Source: Azolla caroliniana (taxonomy: Eukaryota > Plantae > Polypodiophyta). From it: a stretch of DNA of 64,000 nucleotides. Position 1 is the first letter of the stretch, and each line of letters starts with the position of its first letter. The stretch covers positions 10,726,001 to 10,790,000 of the forward strand of contig JBHGNT010000009.1 of NCBI GenBank assembly GCA_043228905.1, in the 5' to 3' direction. The notes beneath the pieces are model-generated. The model was not told the DNA's origin. It saw only the letters and a list, made by a program, of their open reading frames with translations, and did no database searches. Positions 56,056 through 64,000 of the stretch are shown piece by piece. Both the position numbers and the translations under genes were made by a program.

Positions 56056-59000
56056 CCCCCCACGTGGAGGATGCTCAAGCATGTAGTGAGAGCTCATGCC
56101 CAACATGTTTCGACATTTCTCAAATTTATGTGTATCCAATGACTTCATGAAAATGTCTGCAACCATGTCTTTGCTTCAACAATGTTCTAGTATGATGTCC
56201 CTTTGCTCAATGATATCCTTCACAAAATGATACTTGATATCTACATGCTTAGCACGCTTTGTACTTCTTGAATTTGTGGCCATACACACCGCAGTTCGAT
56301 TATCATTGAATGTTGGAATGGGTTTATTAGCATGTAGACTTGATTCATTAATTAGGTTGGATTCCCATAAAACTTCTTTGATTCCATACGCCAAAGCCAT
56401 ATATTTTGCAGCTTCTGTTGTTGATAATGCCACATTATTTTGTTTCTTGCTACCCCATAGAGCTACCACGTTGCCAATAAAAACACAATAGTCAGAAATA
56501 GATTTTCGATCACTGGAATCACTTTCCCAATCAACATCCATGTGCAATCTCATATCTGAGGAGCTAGCTTTAAACTCCAAAGTCACTTGTCCCTTTTAAA
56601 TATTTTAGGATTCGTTTTGCAGCTTTCCAATTAGTAGGGCTAGGGTTCTCTAAGAATTGATTTAGTTTATTGGTTGCAAATAAAATATCTGGCCTTGTAC
56701 ACTAGCATACATAAGAGAACCAATTAATGACCTGTATGGAAAATTTACCATATCACCTTTGTTATGGAGATTTGAAAGATGCGGCAATCCTTCCATAGGT
56801 GTGCTTGTTGGATAACAATTTCCCATATGAAACCTTTACAATATTTGCAAAATGTATCCTTGCTAGGAGAAGTGAATAACTCTTTTATCTTGATTGTATA
56901 AAATGTCAATCCCTAAGCAAAAGGAGATCACACCCATATCTTCCATGTCAAACTCTGCATTCAAGATGTCTTTCAAATATTGGGTGGCTGAAAATGTGTC
57001 GGCCATGATGATTATATCATCAACATACACTGCAACAATGATATGCTTATCATTGTTACAAAGAATATAGATGCTTTGATCCAATCTGCAACATGTGAAA
57101 TTATTTTTTAGAAAGAAATTATGGAGGCGGATATACCAACATCTTCCTGCTTGTCTTAAGCCATAAAGCGACTTCTTAAGTCGACATGTTTACGTTGGTT
57201 CCTCCTTGCTCATCTTTGGTAATGTCATATATATTTCTTCATTTAATTCTCCATTAAGGAAAGTTGTTTTTACATCCATTTGATGGATTTCCCAACCTTG
57301 TACACATGGCTTTATTAATTTGACCCGAATGGAAGCGATGAGGGCAGTTGGTGCATATGTTTCTGTGACATCAATAGTTTGAAGCCTTAAGCCACTAATT
57401 GAGCCTTATATTTGATAGGAGTCCCATTTGATCCTCTCTTGATTTTGAACACCCATTTGGAACCTATGGCTTGTTGCCTTTTGTTGAGAAGCAAGCTCAA
57501 CAAAGGTATGTGATGCTTATTGAGAAATAAGCCATATTAGCTATTAGATAATTAGCTACTAATGGACATAAAGGTGAAACAACTATTTAGCTATGCATAA
57601 TTATTTAGCTACTGATAGCTATTTAGCTATAGATAGCAAATTAGCTACATATATAAGTCACTTATGTACTTAAGTGTAGTAAGTAGAAAAGTGAGAAAGA
57701 GTAGAAGTTGTAAGAGAGAGAAGTAAAAACAGAGAATAGAAAAACAAATGAGAGCAAGTTGAGCTCTGCGTGTAATGGAATAGAAGCTTTTTGGTTTGCT
57801 ACACAGACGTAAGTCTCCTTCCCCGTCCTTTCTGTCTTGAGCACTAAACGATCCAACACATGATCCAATGTGCACACAGAAGAGCCGTAGTGCCTTCGTA
57901 ACACCTTTCACTTTCTTTTATAAGTTCCCACGTACCATTCTTATGATGTCCTTCAAGCTCCAAATGTATTGCCTCTTCCCACTTTGCTTTATCTGGTGAA
58001 AGTAAAGCTTCTTTTAAATTGGATGGTTCGAACATGTTAGATTCTACACTTACATTACATTCAAATGAAGGATCTCTAAGGATAGAAAATGTTCTTCTGA
58101 TTCTTTGACCTCACCTCAAACAAGACGATGCAATTTCCATTTCATTTGGTGATGTTCCTTCTCTTATTGTGGTTTCGTCACATGGCTCTTGACCACAAAA
58201 TATGTCTTCATTTTCCTACAAAATGCTATCAATGATCATGTGTGAACTTTCAACACTAGATTTGTTACCTTCTTCTTGCATCTTGAAGGGGAAATAATCT
58301 TCATCGAATAACACATTGTAAGTGACAAACACTCGTTTTTGCTCTTCATTCCAAATTCTATACCCATAGCCAGGATCCTTGTATCCGAGCATAATTCCTT
58401 GCTTGGCAGTTGGATCCAACTTATGACGAAGTGGATGAGGTACATGGAAGTATGCCTTGCAACCAAATGCACGAAGATGAGTTATACTAACGCTTTTTTG
58501 CTGCCAAATTTCCTCCGGGCATCCTCCACGTATGGCCTTCGTTGGGAGTCGATTTAGTATATATGTTGCACATTTGGATGCTTCTCCCCAAAATTCTAGT
58601 GATAATTTACTATCTATCAACATACATCTTACCATATCCATGATAGTCCTATTCTTTCTTTCAACCACACCATTTAGTTGAGGAGTGTAGCTAGGGGTAA
58701 ATTCTTGTGTAATGCCATGATTAGAACAAAAGGACTCAAAAATATGTGACTTGAATTCTCCACCCCTGTCTGATCTTACTTTGATTATCGAGAGCCCAAG
58801 TTCAGACTCTGTGAGTGCCTTAAATCTTTAAAAATAATCAAAAGTGTCATCTTTACATGAAAGCAGATATACAAAAGTTTTTCGTGTATAATCATCTGTG
58901 ATAACATATAAATATCTTGCTCCTCCTATTGATGGCACATGCATTGGTCCACAAAGGTCCATATGGACTAGTTCAAGAGGCCTACGAGCTAAAATTCCCC

Positions 59001-60310
59001 TTTTTGTATTAAATGGTTGTGTAGTGAACTTGCCTAGTTGACAACTCTCGCATAAGTGTTGTTGACTTACTTCAAGAACTTCTTTATGTGAGATATCAAT
59101 GTCACTAATTTTCCTAAGTTTGTCAAATTTGGCATGACCGAACCTTTTATGCCATTGTAAGGCTTTCTTTCCAAAATCTTCAGCTGCAATATTTGTTGAA
59201 TGAATATGAATGTTTACATCTAATCTATATAATCCATCTTCCCTTTTTGCTTCAAAAAGAAGCATGTCTCCTCTCCATAATTAAATTACACAAACCTTTT
59301 GAAAAAACAACCTTTATGCCAGCTATATGTAGTTGATGTATCTAGTGCATCAACAGACAATAGATTTTTCTTTATGAGAGGGACATGCAATACATTATGA
59401 ATGATTCCTCTAATCTTCACATTTCCTATTGCAATGGTCATTATGTGTGCACCATTTCCCAGAAATTTTGGGCGTGGATTATCGAAAACATGATATTTGG
59501 TGAAAAAATCTTTGTTTTTACACATATGAGTTGATGCAGCAAAGTCTACATACCAAGTTAGTAGATTTGTATTGGTGATTATTTCATTACCATCAATGTT
59601 ATGTAGTGATGCAATGAGCGCTACACCTTCCGTGCCTTTGTTTTCCCTCCTCCTTTTGTAATTATGTGCTTCCTTCTTAGCAATGTGTCCCTTTTCTTGG
59701 TAATAATGACATACCACTTGAGATGGATCCATTGGTTGAAAACCACCGCCATTTCCTTCCCATCCCTTTTGTGAAGTTTTCTGAAATTTATCATGCCAAT
59801 TCTTAACATAATCATGTCTCTTACCTGAATGTGATAGGAGAGCATGTTCATTAATGGAAGACTCTTCCCTTTGCAAACTTTGTCGTTGCTCCTCTTGTTC
59901 TAATATTGCCATTAATTTGTGTAGGTCTTGAACTGCATCTGAATCATGCATTGAAACTACAAGATGCCCATATGAACTAGGCAAACTGTTAAGTAAAATG
60001 TATGCTACCTCATCCTTGGGAAATGTATGGCCAATCACTTGAAGCTGAGATGCAATATTTCTGAGTTTTTGAGCAGGGTCACGAACTTTATCACCTGGCT
60101 TCATTTTTGTTGTTAAAAATTCTCTTTTGAGTCTGAAGGATGGTTAGCCATCGTGCTTGATTCATTCAACTTCATCGATGTATCCCATGCCTCCTTAGCC
60201 GTTTTGGTGTGCCTTATCTCCTCGGCTTGTCTATCCCCTAAGTTGAGTCCAATGAGCGCATATTGCCTTCTTCTCTCTTTTGTACAAATAGCAACTTGAT
60301 ATTGCAAATC
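56056..60310 (-). pseudogene. Old Copia element L (gag-PR-INT-RT-RNase H), heavily decayed
   Basis: Motifs WHKRFGH, VHMDLCGP, VERKNRT, VYVDDI, ALSTTEA and RAKHVDIKYHF. PPT-like G run at 56056-56061. Many stops. Confidence 0.88.
57482..57903. mobile_element. Solo LTR (422 bp) inserted in the RT of Copia L
   Basis: TGTT...AACA termini; TSD CCTTT at 57477-57481 and 57904-57908. Removing it restores WELIKESERQQAIGSKWVFK. Confidence 0.9.
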
Positions 60311-61938
60311 TTACTTTCAGTTATTGGGTGCATGTTTTACTCAAAAATTTGTAACGTAACATGCCAAAAATTTGGTTTCCATAGACACTAGACTAGATGT
60401 GCAGGGGAAATATACTTTTGGACAATTTACTATAATGGCTTCGCCACCTAGCAGTGCATCAGCTGCTTTATGCAAATTTCGTCATAACCATGGTCCATAT
60501 ATATGCCAAGCTTGTAGTTATCCAAACATTCCTATTTGATTGTACTTATTTTGAGTTCTTCTTTACCTTTTCCATTAGATTTCACAAATACAAGCATATT
60601 ATTATTACATTTAATAGCTGACTTTCGAGAAGAGCATGTATGCTTAAACAAAAATCGACAGGTAACTGTTCCTGAAGTTCTAGAATGGGAGGATGTTTGG
60701 AGTGATGGAGGAGAGGATATAATAAGCATCACCATGTTTGGAGCTGAATATTCGAAACCATCCTCAATTCCCAACGTCACATATTCGTGTTAGTAAGGAG
60801 AATGTGCAATCACCTATGTTTCTCTATGAATCTCTACCTGGTAGTAATTCTTGCCAGTGTGTGTCCATGTGTTCCATGAATATTTAAAGATAACACTTGA
60901 GAAGCAGGCAACTGCCTAGAGAGATTTGTGATATGGCAACCAGACTCGAAAAAAATGTTTTAACTATGTTCTGTGTTTAATAAACTAATAGCCATGCGTA
61001 TGTAATAACTTCTGTGTTTATGCTGATTCTCATAAGTCTTTGTTCAGGGCTTCAGGCTTTTAAGATTTTACTGTGAACTTCACCATACCACAATGTGAAG
61101 TATCCAGGTCATGCCATTGTAACTTTCAATTTCTCCTAATTTGTGCCTTAGTTCTCATGTCCCATGTTGAGTATATCAAAGTAGCAAAAATCACCATAGC
61201 ATTGGATGGAGCCCATGATTTGTTTTTCACATTATCTTTTCTATACACGCCTTATTCTCATTGTATAAATAAGGCGTGTATCACACACTTATCTAAGCGT
61301 CCAAGAGAAGTTGCATTGTACATTGTTAAATGGAAAATAATTCATGTTTTCAACAGAGACATGAGGAAAAGCTTTCTATGGGTGTGTGCGTGAGAGAGAG
61401 GGAGAGGCTTTCTAAAAAACATAATTAACCATGGAATTGTGTTTAAATCTCGCCAATTTGATACAACCACAGGAAATGTGGATTGGATGCTTGACGTTTT
61501 GGGCTTCATTGGACAATTATACAATCTAAATTACATTTGAATGCAACTTTAATTCCCTAATAGAATGGGGCTACTGCATCCTGTGATTTTGATTCAAGAG
61601 CCTCTTTATTTTTGTAAAATTTCCCGTACCAATAAAATTTAGGAATGTGTACTGCTCTAGTGGAATTTCAAGTTTATAAATCCCCACACCTTCCTTACAT
61701 TGGGATTACTTCCAACGGTTGGCTTCCTTTATTTTCCTACATGATGAGCCTGCTCATTAGCCACCATCATATGATAATGAAAGACCTTCGTGTATTTATT
61801 TGCAGGAATCCTTTGCACTCTCCTCCATTGTCATGAACCAGACCCTTGGAAGAGTTAAAACATTTGTCTGTGAGACAATTCGTTGTTCTTGTCTTGAAAA
61901 ACAAGAGGAAATGGATGTGTTTTTCCCTGACAACATTC

Positions 61939-64000
61939 TCAAGTGTCATCAGTCTTTGCAAAACGGCCCTTGATCCGTGGCCGGCTATCAGCTAGTGTCT
62001 TTCGGCAAGCGTACTGGAAAAACAGAAATCATGACATAATGGCATCAGCTCAACATGAAAATAGCATAGTATATGGGGAATACTTTTTTTAAGCTTGATA
62101 GAAGCTATTAAAATTGGATCCTCATCAGGCTTTTTTTGTATGTTTCTTTGTATGGAAACATAGTTAAAGGAAAGAAGATTGTAACAATATATATTGTGAT
62201 GGTTAGAGTGAATGTTGCATAATGATGTAAACCACATCTTACATTATGTGGTAATGCAATACCCTTCTTGTAGCCAGTACTCTCAGTGCAATTTCTGAGA
62301 GCCCCTCACACCCTCATTTTTGCTGCAAAGACCACAAGTAGGCCATGTAGAACACACACTAAGCCTTTTCCATTTAGAACCAGCTCTTGCCAGCATTTGC
62401 AAAAAATTTAAATGATATATATATATACATTTACCAAGAAAACCAAAAACCTGCACAACGGGCATGCCAAAATATTCGTCATACCTTGATTTTCTTGTTG
62501 AAGTTCCTCTGATTGCGCTTCTGTCTATATCGCTCGATCCGCTTCTGCTTTTCTTCCTTGGTGTACTTGGAAAAGTCTGGCTGTTGTGGTTCGCGCAACG
62601 TTTCAACATCATCGAGAGTCAAGCAACCCTAAGAACAAACAAGCATACTACACAACTTATGCAATGGAAGGAGAAAGCATGCAATACGTATGTATAAATG
62701 TGTATGTGTATATTTCAAGTTACCTGAATGACTGCAGTATTATCATATAGAGATGAACGTTGGAATTCTGGTACTTCAAGATCATTGTTGTTGCACAAGA
62801 CGGACAACAAAGGATCTATCATAGATGGTAGTGGTAAGGAATCTGCATTGCATGGGTTGAATGGAACATTAGTGTAGCTTTGGAGATTGTCGGGGATGGT
62901 GTGCTCTGCATGGCACGTTTGCATCGGCGGCAACATTAGCGGGTCATGCAAAGATGTATGCATCATGTTATTGTCATGCAAAGATGTCTGCATCATGTTA
63001 TTGTTACATCCGATGAGGTTGGAGGGATCAGTTATCATAACATGAGGATTGATTGCCAAGTTATACCCCACGAGCTGGAAAGGATCGATGGACGTCTCTG
63101 TTGCATTACAAAGAGTGTTACTGCCATTCTGGATGTTAGCATCATCCGGCATGAGATAGAATGGCGGTTCATCGATAGCAGCCAAGTTTGTGAGGTGTTC
63201 ATGTTTGGTCTTTGTGAGGTATTCTAGGGGGTTCGACATGATGGAGTTGGGTGTCAACGGAGGAGGGTGAATTGTTGGAGCAGCAGCACTTGGAGGAGGA
63301 GGAACCTCCAAATTGAGTGGTGGTGGTGTTGGTGTTGGTGGGTGGTGATGATGATGATGATGGTTATATAAGGAGTCAAACGTAGTACTACAATGATCAC
63401 ATGTGTGTGTGGTGTCATTAGAGGGCTTCCTAAGTGGGAATGTGCTGCTAGGAATACAAGCATTATAAGGGCCTATTCTAGAGGAAGAGGAGGAGAAAGA
63501 GGAGGGTGGGGATATGTTGTTGTTGTTAGTTACAGAAGGAGTAATATTAGTAGTAGGACCAAGGCATGGTGTATCGCAAAACACGACCCGCCCCTCCCCT
63601 CCGCCCCCGGGATTTGAGATGAAACACATGATTGGTAATAGAAAAGAGTCATGCTCCAGAAACTTTGGAGGAGGAGGAGGAGGAGGAGGAGGAGGCGAAG
63701 ACGACGACCACGACCACGCGTGGTTACTGTTAGTCAGAGTAGTGTCTTCTTCTTCTTCTTCTTCTTCTTCTTCTTCTTCTTCTGTAACAGACATTATTAG
63801 GCTTGGGACAGCATTCTCTTCACTACTTTTGTTACAGTTACTCTCCACCTGCACCTTTACATCGCTCCCTCCTCCTGATAATTCATCAATGCTCTTCTTC
63901 TTCTTCTTCTTCTTCTTCTTCTTCCTTAACATCGTCTCTAGCTTTGTCCTTTCCTTCTTCACCTTGTCATCCGCAGCTTGGCCATCACCATCTTCTTCCT
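61939..64000 (-). CDS. Host CCT-motif family protein, 3' exons (>64000-62724, 62628-62485, 62013-61939); the 5' end may lie outside the window
   Basis: Phase-0 GT-AG splicing yields KYTKEEKQKRIERYRQKRNQRNFNKKIK/YACRKTLADSRPRIKGRFAK, a canonical CCT domain. The upstream exon is low-complexity (poly-K, E, P, H). Confidence 0.93.

Noticed and set aside
60480-61900. Additional host exons or short ORFs
   Set aside because: No recognisable motifs or consistent splice model; likely 3' UTR or intergenic sequence.
63340-63410. C2H2 zinc finger (CDHCSTTFDSLYNHHHHHHH) in the CCT gene
   Set aside because: The histidines come from a poly-His run and the spacing is imperfect, so the match is probably coincidental.

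Overview
Land-plant genomic DNA, probably from a non-seed plant. Evidence for a plant origin: TTTAGGG repeats, plant tRNA-Trp and tRNA-Met primer sites, and a CCT-motif gene. Bases 1-36.6 kb are a deep nest of LTR retrotransposons: several decayed tRNA-Trp-primed Ty3/Gypsy elements with 4-bp target duplications, Copia remnants, and one intact, very young chromovirus that appears to self-prime. The most striking feature is a complete 10.6-kb DNA transposon at 38235-48852, with 25-bp TIRs (GGG...CCC) and a 4-bp TSD (ATCT). It encodes an intact, spliced DDD transposase of Sola2 type and a convergent multi-exon accessory gene with a RING-H2 finger. An FCP1/NIF-like pseudo-phosphatase exon lies downstream of that gene. 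Large introns of both genes are filled with arrays of the 14-bp palindrome TAGCTAATTAGCTA, which also sits just inside both TIRs. Bases 50.9-60.3 kb hold decayed and rearranged Copia elements and a solo LTR. The window ends in the 3' exons of a host CCT-motif gene on the minus strand. All calls come from manual reading of the sequence. Family names come from recalled motifs, not database searches.
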